Shown here in pieces: positions 25,601-38,176 of a stretch of 64,000 bases of DNA. Made by a program: the position numbers and the translations under genes. Each line of letters begins with the position of its first letter. Positions within the stretch are counted from its first letter, which is position 1. The notes below the pieces were generated by a model, which did no database searches, was not told where the DNA came from, and was given only the letters and a program-made list of their open reading frames with translations. Origin of the DNA: Basidiobolus meristosporus CBS 931.73 (Eukaryota; Fungi; Basidiobolomycota); the NCBI GenBank assembly GCA_002104905.1, contig MCFE01000255.1:1-64000 (forward strand), written 5' to 3'.

Positions 25601-26776
25601 CAGCAGAAGGAAAGAGTTTTCAAATTGTCACAGGCCCGAATATGAGCGGAAAATCTACCTATCTCAAGCAAATTGCTCTACTCACTATAATGGCTCATAT
25701 GGGAAGCTTGTAAGCATATTTACGATAGTTGGTAAATGATGCGCTTCAATAACCACTGTTGCATTATTGCAGTATTCCGGCTGAATATGCGTCTGTGAGA
25801 CTAACTGATAAGCTTTTCAGTCGAATATGTAACGATGGCTTTATGCAAACAAATATGTCTAGCTTTATGTCGGAGATGACAGAGATGAACTATATTATAC
25901 GGAACGTTACAGACCATAGCCTTGTAATTATCGATGAGCTAGGAAGAGGTTAGGCGATTTTATAGGATTGTTATGGAGTAAACACTAAGGATTTTGTAGG
26001 AACATCAACCTACGATGGATTGGGTATTTCTTACGCAATAAGTGAATCGCTACTAAGCACATCGGTATAGGCAGTGGGCAACTCGAGTTGGAAACTCTAC
26101 TAATATATTGCCACAAGGCGTTCGTATTTTTCGCAACCCACTTCCAAGAACTAGCCATTGGCTTAGATATCTATCCAAATGTTGTGAACCTCAATCTGGC
26201 AGTTCAGGTAATGGGTATTCAATTCAATTCCAGCTCATTCCTCTGACACTAACCATTGGTGATAGACGGAAAATGATACTTTCAAGTATCTTCATAAAGT
26301 AAAGAATGGCTTTTCTCCGGTAAAAGCATACGGTAAATCCTTTGTGAGGTCTTCCATCGATGAAACATGCCAAAACTACTTTATTACAGGAATGAAGTTG
26401 GCCAGCTTGGTTGGGCTGCCGCAGGATCTATTGATTGATGCTCAAGCCATATCTAATAAGGTACTACTTGTAAAGAACATATTGAATTTTAATAATCACT
26501 TTTTAGTGTCAACAAGATGATCACGTGACTAGATCAAGAGATCGTCGGGACAAAAAGATACTGTCGCAGGTTAGCAAGTCATTCTTGGCCATTATTAATG
26601 TTTCTAGTTGTGACTTTTGATTGTAGCTTACTCATCAATTGATACAATCTAAACGTACATCAACCCTGAGTTTGGAAGAGCTTGGCGAGTACTTACAATC
26701 GCTACAGACCAAATACCTACCATGGTTTCAAGACTGGAGCAATACCGAGAATCATACTACCGAAGAAAGGTCATGA
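22672..26776 (+). CDS. MSH4: Meiotic MutS homologue MSH4 (many short exons; start approximate)
   Basis: [81 protein letters not shown]. There is no N-terminal mismatch-recognition domain, as expected for MSH4/5. Confidence 0.88.
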
Positions 26777-26996
26777 CTGCGAGCGTGTTGGTTCCTATGT
26801 TTACTCCCCACATGATTAGTACATATAATAAGTATCCAGTATTTCATAACATCTCTAACATCGTGTACTGCAATATATACTCTTTGCATTTGTTTACATA
26901 GTGCTATTTAAAAGTCAATTTATTGTTCATACATTAAATAACTCGAAGTGCTTATCTTGCAATGGTGGAATAAAATACCCTGATGAAGGCATTCGC

Positions 26997-29900
26997 TCAA
27001 GTACGCATTGATGTGAAAAAATTCCTTCTTATAGTCGACTCATCGGTAGAGCCGCCGTAGCTTTTTGAACGGTCATGACTGATATGTGGTGTATCGGTAG
27101 TAGCAGGGATTTGGATGTCGGGTAATGGTTTGTTGAGGTGTGGGTCCGTATTTAATAGGGGCAACGATGGTGATGCCGATCCTTCTATAGCGGTCACGCT
27201 AGGGGGGTTGTTTAGTATTCGTAGATGCTCCAAAAAGATAGTTGGATTAATGATATGAGTGGAGCCTGTATTCAGACAAGTAGCTAGATTAGATAATTGT
27301 GTATGGGCTATAGAGTCCAGGCAACAGATATACCAATAAATATGTCACGGTTGTAATACTCAGCTACCTCGTAGGCGGATCTTATCTCCGAATAAGTGAT
27401 CCCACCCGCGACAAAGAGTATGATCATTCCTTTAGATTTGTCTCGAAATATCCAATCCTTGGAAATATGGGTTGAGTATCTATCTATATATATATATAAC
27501 CGGATTTTGAGTCAGGCGAATAGTACCGTATTTCCGCAAAGTTTTCTTTTGGTCCAACGTGGTTTGTAACTTTGTTGAAGACTCTTAGTAAAACTACATA
27601 TCTGTGAATGGAAATTCTCTTACTGCCTGAGGTCCTTGGCATGTTGCTCTTTGGCTGCTTGAGTTTTATCGTTCATCATTCGTACGTAGGGGTATCTTTC
27701 ATTGCTCAAATCACCATGAACTTCGTCCTATAAATAGAATCGAGTCAGCCTTCGTTAGCGAAGAGATTGCTGAACTGCTTTAAACCACCTCTAGTAAGCG
27801 TTTGATTGTTGGAGTAAACCGGGACAAGTCATATATGATCTCACTCTGACTGCTGCTGTTACCCCTCAGCCGTTTAACAATGTGTGCACCAGGTTTACCA
27901 GAAGTCTACTCAACGTAAGATCATTAGCTGGAAAGTCGGTAATCCTAATCATCCAGGCATACCCTTGTTAGCCTGGCTCCAAGTGTTGCTAGATTTTGTA
28001 TAGCATCGTTGTTGCCTTGGACTTCATCCAAACTCCATCCATCATTGATCTTTTCCCACGATTCAGCTCGAACACCATCTTTTGATAATATGTATAGGAT
28101 CAATACGCGCATCTTGTCGTCGGGACTTTTTGTGGGAAAGAATCAGCAACAACATTGAGGAAGAACCTAGCCGAACCAAGCCAAATAACGCTTACTGAAT
28201 GTCATCATCTTTCAGAATTGACAGCACTTCTTCCAGCATATGTTGAATCGCCTTTCCATCCGAACGAAACCCTGTTGCTAAATCCTGGTTTTGGTTAGGA
28301 ACGCTGGGGCTAACAGACTAGAGTGTGGATGAGGAACCTGCTCCAAACCGGCGAGAAGTTCGATTTTGTGGGATTTGTAGTACTCTGAGCATTCACTTGC
28401 GATATTTATGTGAACCCCACACTAACTTGACTAGGTTAATTGCAAGCAAAGTTGAAGATGAACCACGCGACCCCGTAATTACCTTAGCCTTTAGCTCCTG
28501 ATACTCTGGCAGTGAGTAGACCAGCTTCTTGAGCTGGTTGAGCTTGTTTAACTGGTCCCTGCATCCAGACAAGTCAGCAAAGGAAGATTAGGCAGCAAGT
28601 TGGTTAGTAGGAGGACAGGGGAATACCTCTCGGACCCCTGGTTCTGGATTTTCTTTTCTTCTAGCTCCTTGAGTTTGCCAACCAAAGTTGGCACGCATTC
28701 ATCGAAGTGGCAATGCCGAAGCTCCACCCACAGCTTATCACTTTCATCCAACACCACTTTCTTGGTTGATTTCTCATTGTTTTCGTTGAAATATTCGTAG
28801 CTGGATGACCGGGCATATGAATGAGTTGCCGGAGCTTTATCACGAACAACACACAGCCACTTACACATATTTAGACCCATTTTCCAACTGCAAAAGATCA
28901 CTTGCCATAGCCTGATAGGTGAATTCATGCACCAGTGGAGAAGCCAGATCAATGGTACGGTCTACGATGATAAGAGTGGATTTTGACTCCTACGAGAAGT
29001 AAGAGCGCCGGTCAAACGTGATCCAAATATCGTGACCAAGGCAAGTAACTCTTGCTTACATTTGGCAGCGGGGATTTGATTCTACTTCCTGGCAAAGAGT
29101 CTCTATTCGAGTAAATATCCAGTTCACTTTCGAGCAGACTTGCTAGTTCTCTGGAGACCGAACTGTTGTTGTATTGAGACTCTGGGCTGAAGTATCTTAT
29201 CGCTGGGCGCTCTTTCAGTGTTACGCATAGAGACAATAGCTGCATAAATAGATCAGTAATAGTGACTTTGCCTCTCATCTAATTGGTGCTCCACCTTTTG
29301 AGCGACCGATTGCAACTCTACACGAGTCGTATTGCTCAACTTGGGCGAGTAGAGTCGGAAAAAACTCTCCGGGGTTTCGAGGCTAAACAGATGGGATTCT
29401 AGTGCTAAAAGGAACCAGATATTCAACATGCGCTCCCAATTTGGCATCATATTGGCGAGATTTACCATAGAAATCCAAGAACAATTCATTGATCGACAGG
29501 AAATATTTGGAGACCCTGGAGGCCATCAACTTCATGTGGTACTCGTCATTCAACTCTATCGTTGACGCGTGAGTGGAGAACACAGGATTAGAGATCGGAT
29601 ATGCGGCCCCTACCTGTGGTAAAGAAGACGTGTGCTCCCTTGTAGGCGGCCCCATTGATGCTACCATCGCCACCTTTCACGAAATCGTTGATAAGATAGA
29701 AGATCGACTCCCAGCAAGGGGTCAACAAATATATCGCCTCCACTTGTGGGTACGGGTCGCGAGGTTTGTTCACCTGCTCGAGAACTAGAAAACAAGTTGG
29801 TTACTACCGGACCGGTGTGGGAACCCATTCTCGGAATAAAAGTTTACGGGACACTTCGGCCAGATATAGCTCGTTCAACTCGAATACTGAAGTGAGCAGC

Positions 29901-30091
29901 TCTGAGGCCTGTTGATCAACCACCAAGATCTTCCCCATGGCGGAGGCCTTGACGCAATCCAACATCTCCAGGAGTCCTACCACCAGACAAAGTTAGAGAA
30001 CCGACCAGAAAAGAACCAAGAAAGGGCTTCGGGGGTGGACGAGAATACTTTGCTTTACAATCCCTCTGAGGGAGAATTCCTTGTGTTCCAT
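26997..30091 (-). CDS. SEC1: Sec1/Munc18 SM protein for exocytic SNARE fusion (multi-exon)
   Basis: [20 protein letters not shown]...[64 protein letters not shown]. Confidence 0.92.
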
Positions 30092-31490
30092 TTCTCTGTA
30101 GGGTGTATGTGAGAGTGCCAAGGTCACCTAACGTCTGAGCAGAAAACAACCAAGATGTAAGGGCTGAAGCGCTGTGGGAGACGAAATTGGGAATTCAGGT
30201 GGGATAAATTGGCTAAGCCTCCTTTTTGGCTTGAAGTGCGATATGGATCCAGTCCTGGTTCCACATTAGACCACTCAACCACCAAACACGTCCGAGCTAG
30301 TTCGGAATAGGAAAGGCCATCTCCTCCCCCCCCCCAAAAGATCAATTCTTAAGGATATGCTGTATGCTTAGTTTAAACCACCATCACGAAGGCTGTACAA
30401 GGGGGGCGGATCGATAGCTGTGCATTCCGGGATGGAATTTGTATGACAGTCAAAAATGGTCCCGGGACTCCACCCGAATGCTATGCGATGCTGGTGACCG
30501 ACTTGTCTGGGTGAGGTTTTACAGAAACACCAATAGGATTCCCTCATGAATACCACTGTCAAGCGTAGCTAGCTGCATCGCAGGTCGAGGCATCACCACG
30601 TCCGACCACCTTAATTTGTACCGCCTATGCATGGCGGAGAGACGTAAAGCAATGAGAGGAAGCTACTCCATTGGGACAGAGTACGGGTGAACCACTGCCT
30701 TCACATACCAGAAAACGAAAGCGACGGTTGAGCTAACGAACACAATGCGGGGTTGCAATGTTGAATCTAGACTGATCTCGTCAGATCAGCCGGTTCTCAG
30801 TCTCCTTAAAAATGCCACCACTCATTAATGGGAGCTGAATAGGCCACAGCTCTGTACAGAGGCGATCGAATAGACGAGTGTAGAACCTTCGAGACCGCAG
30901 TGTACGGAGTGCTCAGTCGAAGCCTGACCAATTATCTTCTGAAACTGGAATACACGTACATACGTAAATCAGCCCATGTTTCCCGGATCGGTCAGGTCCA
31001 CCAGCGCTATACGAAACACACCGTTTAGAGTTGAGACTCGATATCATACGATGCCTGACGCATGCGTGGACTTCCTGCGTTTTGGATGAAGCGAGGCAAA
31101 CCCGACTTGATGTACCTCTGATGCTCAACCCCACTCTCCTCTCCACCTGCCCGCCAACGCTTACGATACCCCACGTGTACCCGTTTGAGTACCCCACTGA
31201 TCGGGACCAATAAAACCACTGTTATATCTCTCATCTTGCGGAGATGTGGGTTGATATACGCTCGGAGCCGGTGACCTTGGAGTTCGCGTTTGAATCCACC
31301 GAGTTTGTGCAACATTACCCGAACGCTTTTGATTTACAGATGATGGGGACTTGACGAGGGTTGCCCTGAATCCGCCACAATTAAAGGGAAAATGCCTGGG
31401 TTAATATCACTAGTTATTATTATATGGTTTGCGTGGCAGGAAAGGTTTCGGTAATAGGGGGTGAAAATTTGAAAGCTCCGCTCACCCAAT

Positions 31491-31556
31491 GATAGGGATA
31501 GGGATAGTGATAGTGACGGTGACGGTGACGCTGACAGGGACAGGGACAGGGACTCG
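31491..31556. repeat. Compound hexamer microsatellite, 11 units of GA(T/C)NNN
   Basis: GATAGG x2, GATAGT x2, GACGGT x2, GACGCT, GACAGG x3, GACTCG. Confidence 0.85.
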
Positions 31557-31943
31557 TATGGTGGTACAATAGAGAGTATTAAGAAAGGATGAATTTACAA
31601 ATTTAAATAGTGTGATGGATGGAAGTGATGGAGGTTCACCTAGATAGAGCAACTAAATCATGGAAAATTGGAAAGATGGTTATGGCATTTTAGTGACCGA
31701 GCAAGGAAACATCGATCGATGGGGATTTGAGCGGACTCCCCACCTGGATAATGATTTTGACTAAGACAGCGCAATGCCTGCTTGCTGTAGGAACTTCAAG
31801 GGCAAGTGATCTCGAGATAAGGACAATTCGTAGGACGTGTTATGGGACTTTGGGTGTCTTCCTATCGCAGCCAATATCCATAAGCAATCCGAACGGAGAA
31901 AAACTGCCGAGGCTGAAGTCGACTTACCTCTGTAGCAGGTCAG

Positions 31944-33072
31944 TTACAAAATCACACAGCAGCCACTACTGGCCTTTTGCGGTGGTTCGTTCATTCGGGT
32001 GTGAATTGAGGTTTCTTTGATCATGCCATTCGAGTCATATGCTGGCCGGGTGTTGGTCTGGTCCACGTTTGCTAGGTGTTTCTCGGATCCCTGTTCAGAT
32101 TGAACTGTGGTTAGAGTCCGTTGATTTCCCGGGAACAAAAAAAACCTACTGACCATTGTCTCCCGGAGATCTTTTAGGTGAATGGTCTGCGAGTCTACAG
32201 GGTAGTTGTCCTGTGGAGGGATGGGTGTTAGTAAGCTGTCTCGGAAAAATATTGGGTTAGCTGCTGATCCACGACGTACCAGTCGATTTTTGTTTACTGA
32301 ATGTCCTCTTTGATTCAAGTCCGATATGTGAGAGGTATATTCTCCCCTTGAGTGATGCTCGTTGGAGAGCTGATGATTGGTTGTCCCCATTCCATTGCTC
32401 AGATCTCCATCAAAAAGATTGTTACTGTTAGAACTGATCTTCGAATCGTTGTGATGCTTGCGGACGGCCGCAATCTTGGGTTCCTCTTCTCTTTTATTGC
32501 TATCCTCCACTTTCCCTTTGCAGGTAGTGCCTTGAGACTGGCCGTACCAGATATCAGCCAGAGCCATTCTGTCTTCGCCGCCTTCATCCCCGAAGACCTC
32601 CCCATTCATCTTCATCCTTTTGTAGACGGTTGGTATGACGATCTCGTCGAATGGGATGGCCGCCGATTTCTTGGACGATACAGAGCCAAAGTGGTTGCCA
32701 GGGGAATTGCTATCCAGGCCCTTGGACTCTGTATCGGATGAAGAGAGGGTGGAGCTTGGGGAAGGCATGGGTACAAGCTTCGTGGGTTTGACGGGTCGGA
32801 AGTCTTTGGTGGGTGTAACGTTGAGGTCGATTTTCCTGCATTTGTCGAACTCCATGGAGGAACGAATCTTATCTCTTTTTTGGAACGGCAGAGGGATTTT
32901 GCGTTGATTGGAGTCGGGGTCTAGAAGCTCCACTTTGGTTTCCTAGAGAGTGAGGTTAGCGTAAGTGCGGGTAGTGGGTGGTCAAGGAATCTCAAGGGTA
33001 ACGAACGTTCATCCGGTGCTTACTGAAGCGAATTTCAAACGCCGAAATGGGAGGGGAGTGGGAACCATCCAT
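31944..33072 (-). CDS. Orphan low-complexity protein with C-terminal CCVIL (CaaX) motif
   Basis: 329-codon open frame. A plausible first exon MDGSHSPPISAFEIRFSKHRMN splices through a GTTCGT...GCTAAC...CTAG intron. Ends SSGCCVIL*. Confidence 0.72.
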
Positions 33073-34353
33073 GAAAGAAGAAGGTGAAGTTGGTGAGGAG
33101 TCACCTTCAGCAATTAAGTGCTCCCTATCCATTCTGGTCATCTAGTGCACGAAACTAACTGTATGAGATAATAAGCGCTGAGGGCTTGCCAAGAGAGAAG
33201 GAAAAGACGGGTCTGCTTATGGTCAGGAATTTGCGAGAGAGGAAGTCTAACGGTGAGGAAGAAAAAGAGGTAGAGAACCCTCCAAAGAAATTAATTACTG
33301 TAAAGGAGTTTTAATGGACAGGATGATAAACTGAAATCAGGTAGCGAAGGTGGCGCATGTATATCGGACCCCACATTTCTCTCGGACGCATTCAATGAAA
33401 TCAACTGAAACCTGATTGGATGCTGTTGAGCAGATTGATTTGTACAAACTACTTGTTAAGGAGAATGAATTTAATGCTCAGCTTACATCAATATTCGATT
33501 GAGTCAGGTATCGTTTAAGGCAATACTAATTCAAACGGCCATAGCAGCATATGCTTAATGATTGTATATATTGATCTGATACATCCTATTCAAAGTATGT
33601 CAATTCTTAATGTTTCAAGGCAGACAATACAAGCGTCGCCATGAATCAATTCTATTACACTGTTACGTTGCCCACAGATGGTCTGGAATTCGATGTATCC
33701 AAGCTCAGTACTGGCGAGCGTCCCCATTGGCCAATCAGCATCGGTTGTTGACGAGGTCGTTCACATGGTTGGTGTGCTGCTCTCTCCAAGGTCAGAGGAA
33801 ATTAGTATTACTGATGGACTAGATTCAACCAGCCCCAATGCACTTGATCCATTCAACATGGTTGTCGCAGTGGTATATCCGCCGATTTAAAATTTGAATC
33901 ATGCACCACAGAAGTAATGGAGCGTCGAACAATCTGAGGATGATGGTGGAGTGGTGCACTGGGTGACCGTGGCTCCATCATTGAAGGCCAGGTAACAGTG
34001 CTTCTGGTGTCGTCGGTTGCGGAGTATTTTCTGATGCATATCAGGTACCAAATTTGGCTAACCCCACTTTTGCTCCTGTGTCATCGGTGACAGGGTATTC
34101 CTGAGACATCGAAACACGTATTCTCTGAGCTTTAATCAGTAACTATCATCAAGACATCGTGTCTGATTTGATCGGTATTTATGGTAGGTAAGGATACAAT
34201 TTCATGAAAAACACAGTGTCTGAATGATGATCGGAATTCCGAGTGTAATCGAGATATTTACATGACTGGAGCCAGCATTTTGGCCGATTGCACGCTGGTA
34301 AACAAATCTGAAGGGTCTTTTGCACGAGGCATGGAAATCCAACCATTACTGCT

Positions 34354-36466
34354 TTAAACACCGCCACCGCTTCGTTCTGTAGGGATTTTTCGGCTATATG
34401 CCATGTCAGGATGCGACTCATGGGGCCTGGCATCGATTGACGTATATTCCGCAGACAAGCCCATCGTCTTCAGAAATTCGAGGGCCTCCGCATACTCCTT
34501 TTGCTTACGTGCCTTGTCCCAGTTAAGTTCTTCAGACATTATCTCGATAACCTTAGGTAGGGCTTCCATCGCCGCATGCGCATTCAAGAAAGCCAATCTG
34601 GTCCGGCGAGCCAAGACATCAATTGCAGTGCAGGCGTATTCGTTACGAACGGCATATCTTACTTCGGCCTCTATATATGGATAAAGATTGCTCAGACGGG
34701 TTCCCACTTTCGGATAGACCTTGTTTGTTGATTCTGCTAGGGCTGCCACCCCCCATGCACGATCTCCATAGCTAGATGCCAAATGCCGGGCAACCTCAGT
34801 TTCTAGGCCGAAGTGTTGGATTAATTTGATGAACATCGTATTGGTATACAAATGTGATCCGATCAACTTGGTTGACTCTGTGCAGCAACTGTTCGTTGGT
34901 TGTAAATCAAAAACCTTAATTGCTCGATCAACAGTTTCCTCTGCCATGGCCCTATAGGTGGTCCATTTACCACCAGCAATGGTGATAAGGTTACTCCCAC
35001 TCACATTTATCATATGGTTACGTACAAGAGATGCTGTATTCTTGCTGGACGGATCTCGAACTAGTGGCCTGATTCCCGACCAAGCTGCAAGCACATCGCT
35101 CCGACGGACCTCTACATCTGGACTTAAATATCTTTTGACCTCGTCCAAAATCCAGGCAATCTCCTCCTCTTGCGCGAGTGGATTTGCAGTCACCTCGGTT
35201 TTTGAGTCGGTGGTGCCTGCAATAACATTCCCCTGCCATGGAAGGAAAAAAATTACTCTTCCATCCGTGGTGGCGGGGTCGAGAAGTCCCATGTTTTGCG
35301 GGCTATAGTAATTTGGAAGTATGATGTGGACACCGGCGCTTGGAGCAACGATTTCGGCTTGCTGAGGTTCATCCATCTGGCGGAGGCCATCAGTGAAAGG
35401 CCCAGTAGCATTGATAACCCCCTTGGCATGGATTGTCCACTCCTCTCCAGTAAGCGTGTCCCTAACCTTGGCTCCGGTAACAACCTCTTTATTGTTGTTT
35501 GCTATAGAGGGCTCTTTGTATAAACTCATGACCTCGACATGATTGGCTACGACGGCCCCATGTGTGACAGCTGTGAGTGCGATAGCAACGTTCATTCTTG
35601 AGTCGTTATGTTGGCCATCATAATAAACCAAGGCGCCAACCAAATTCTCCTCTTTCAACATGGGAAAAGCCTCCAATGCCTTGCTTTTACTTAAAACGTA
35701 GCTACTCTCCAACTTCTCCTTTCCAGCAAAGAGATCATAAAATTTGCATCCGACCCAGTAGTAAGGTAGCTGCCACCACCTAGCCATTCGACATCAGCAA
35801 AGGGAGCCTATATGGGGGAGAAAGTATCATGACATAACTTACTTGTAGACTGGCAGCATGATTGGGAGTTGATAGCTTAGATAAGGCGCGATCTTCAAGA
35901 ATGTAGCCCGCTCGTGCAAGGCCTCTGTCACAAGTTTGTACTGTTCATAGTCAAGCTCCATGAATGCCTTTTCGAGATAACGTACACCACCGTGAACCAA
36001 CTTGGTTGATCGTGACGAAGTGCCTAGATAAAAGCTGTTTAAGATACGACTCCTACCATGCATCACACTGGAAAAATCTACCTGATGCAAAATCATCCCG
36101 CTCAACCATGGCTACTTTGAGTCCTCTGGTAGCAGCGTCCAAGGCGATGCCAGCTCCGGTAGCTCCGCCGCCAACAATCAATAAATCAAAGGGCACCTCA
36201 TTTTGCACCATCTTTGGGCGTTCAGAGCCATCTTGTTGAAGCCCTTTTAACTGGTTAATCACTTGTTGTCGGCTGGGAGGAGACCAAAAAGTGTTAGGTC
36301 TGTTAGGGTCAACAGCAATAGTAGCGGGCGACTGTGCCTCGGCATGTGTCCGTGACAGCAAAGGCGCTCTTCCCCTTCTCTGATCAAAGTAGTAGTAGGA
36401 GGTAACGGCGCTGGTGGCTACAAGGGAGCTGTATAGATAGGGTCTGCTTTTGAGTTGCGTCCACAT
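34354..36466 (-). CDS. GUT2: Mitochondrial FAD-dependent glycerol-3-phosphate dehydrogenase (3 exons)
   Basis: [86 protein letters not shown]. Confidence 0.96.
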
Positions 36467-38176
36467 AGACTAGAATCCAACTAGTGCAAATAGAGATGAA
36501 TGGATGCGGGAATACTTGATCAGATTTAAATATGGCAAGGCAATCAGCCTTGAATGGCCATGGCTCAATGCTCTTCTAATCTGCTCCATCGCTGCACGTG
36601 AAGGAAATCACCAGCATCTCAGCGTCACGGCTTGGTGCTCTGACTCCATTAATCTTTCCTAATGGGATCATGTGGAATCGAAGTGACAATAGTAAACCGT
36701 ATGCGTCTGAAACCGCAACTATACGTAGGCGGTCTTCAGAGAGAAACACGGAATTCGGGCAATATCATGGGCATGATTTGGCATCCAGGGTGGACGAAGT
36801 GAAGTGCGCACAGAATCCGTGGATTGAGTCGAATGCTAATTGGAATAGCGACGGGCATTTTGAAACCGCAAAGTGACTACCATAATCGAAAGAATGTGAC
36901 ATCTCGTCTCAATTGGGCCTCTTGGTTCGCAGTCTCTGAGACAAATAGGTATTGATAAAGGGCAAGATACATCCTGGCGTTGATGGAACGGGATTGAGTC
37001 CTCTTGGTGCCAAAACCGTGGACTATTTTGCTATGCAACGGTAATGGAAGATGAGCCTTGCGATGGTTCGTAAATAAACTTGCCACCAGGGCCATCGAGG
37101 GGATATTAGAGTATCTGGAATCTCCCAAATCTATGTTGGATCCACCAGTCATAAACCAGTTGGCGAAACTTGGTTCTACTATGTATCTCCCTTGGCTTGT
37201 CAACCAACCAACCTGGTCATAGATGATGGAAGATGTAGAGGATCAAGTGATTATGGGAATTTTCATATTTCTGAAATGTTGTCTCGCACTGGTAGGTTCG
37301 TCAGTCTTTCCAGCATCTTTCCCATACGCCTCGAACCCCCACATGCCCCACGAGTAGATGGGATTGATATGATTCGCTCTATCCATGGCCAGTATGTTTC
37401 GTCAGGTGGGATTCTAACAGCAGATGCATATCTCAATGCCCAGCGTATCCCTTCGTAGTGGAGGATGCTGGCTTTGATGTCCTGGGACAGTGGGCAAAAG
37501 CCTTCAATACTCAATTGATCGCTGATCTGCGGACGCCTGTTCAGAGAACAATGTTGGGGTCACGTTGGATAGAATGATTTGCGCATTTATCCCAGCAAGT
37601 TACAGCTAGGTTATTCTCGAACGCAATACAGGACAAAGAGTCTGTCCAATCCTCGCTAGCATCCAGAATCTAGAAACCTCCCAGTCAGACCCGACCGCAT
37701 CGCCTCATCACATTTGCCAGGTTTTGCTCACTAAACTGTACCCAGCACGTCCATTACTCTTACGCAATCGGTGTGTGCGAGTATGACAGATCTCTTGCAT
37801 AGACACCAAATGATGCCAAGTTCTGGAAACAGGATCGAATGGTCATATTGGGCATCTGCTCAACCTACCTCGAGTGTGTAGGACCAAACACGGGCAGGCT
37901 TAGTGAAAAAACCGGGGATGTAAGAATACGTCACAACGTAGTCCACTCCATAATGCTTGCTTTCCCCTTGCACGCCGCATCAAGCTCACTTGTTTAGGCG
38001 GATATGCGCAATAGTTGGTCTCAATACCTTGTCGGCAAAAAATAATGCGATCGTCGGGTGAAATGTTACAACGGGAAATAGAGTTTATTTACAAATATAT
38101 AGTGAGTATAGAATCACTTGTGTAGGCGACCAGGTGGGTGATCTTCAGTGAATTGGGCCTGTTGAATCTCCATTGG

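Noticed and set aside
8600-26776. Functional link between VIRMA and nearby MSH4 (m6A is meiotic in yeast)
   Set aside because: Two unrelated genes lie between them, and proximity alone is no evidence.
31025-31315. 96-aa minus ORF and overlapping + ORFs
   Set aside because: No ATG start, splice support or recognisable domain.
33640-34000. Possible polysaccharide deacetylase relic on the minus strand (YLAFNDG, DADW, IELIHGD)
   Set aside because: Motifs are short, imperfect and wrongly spaced.
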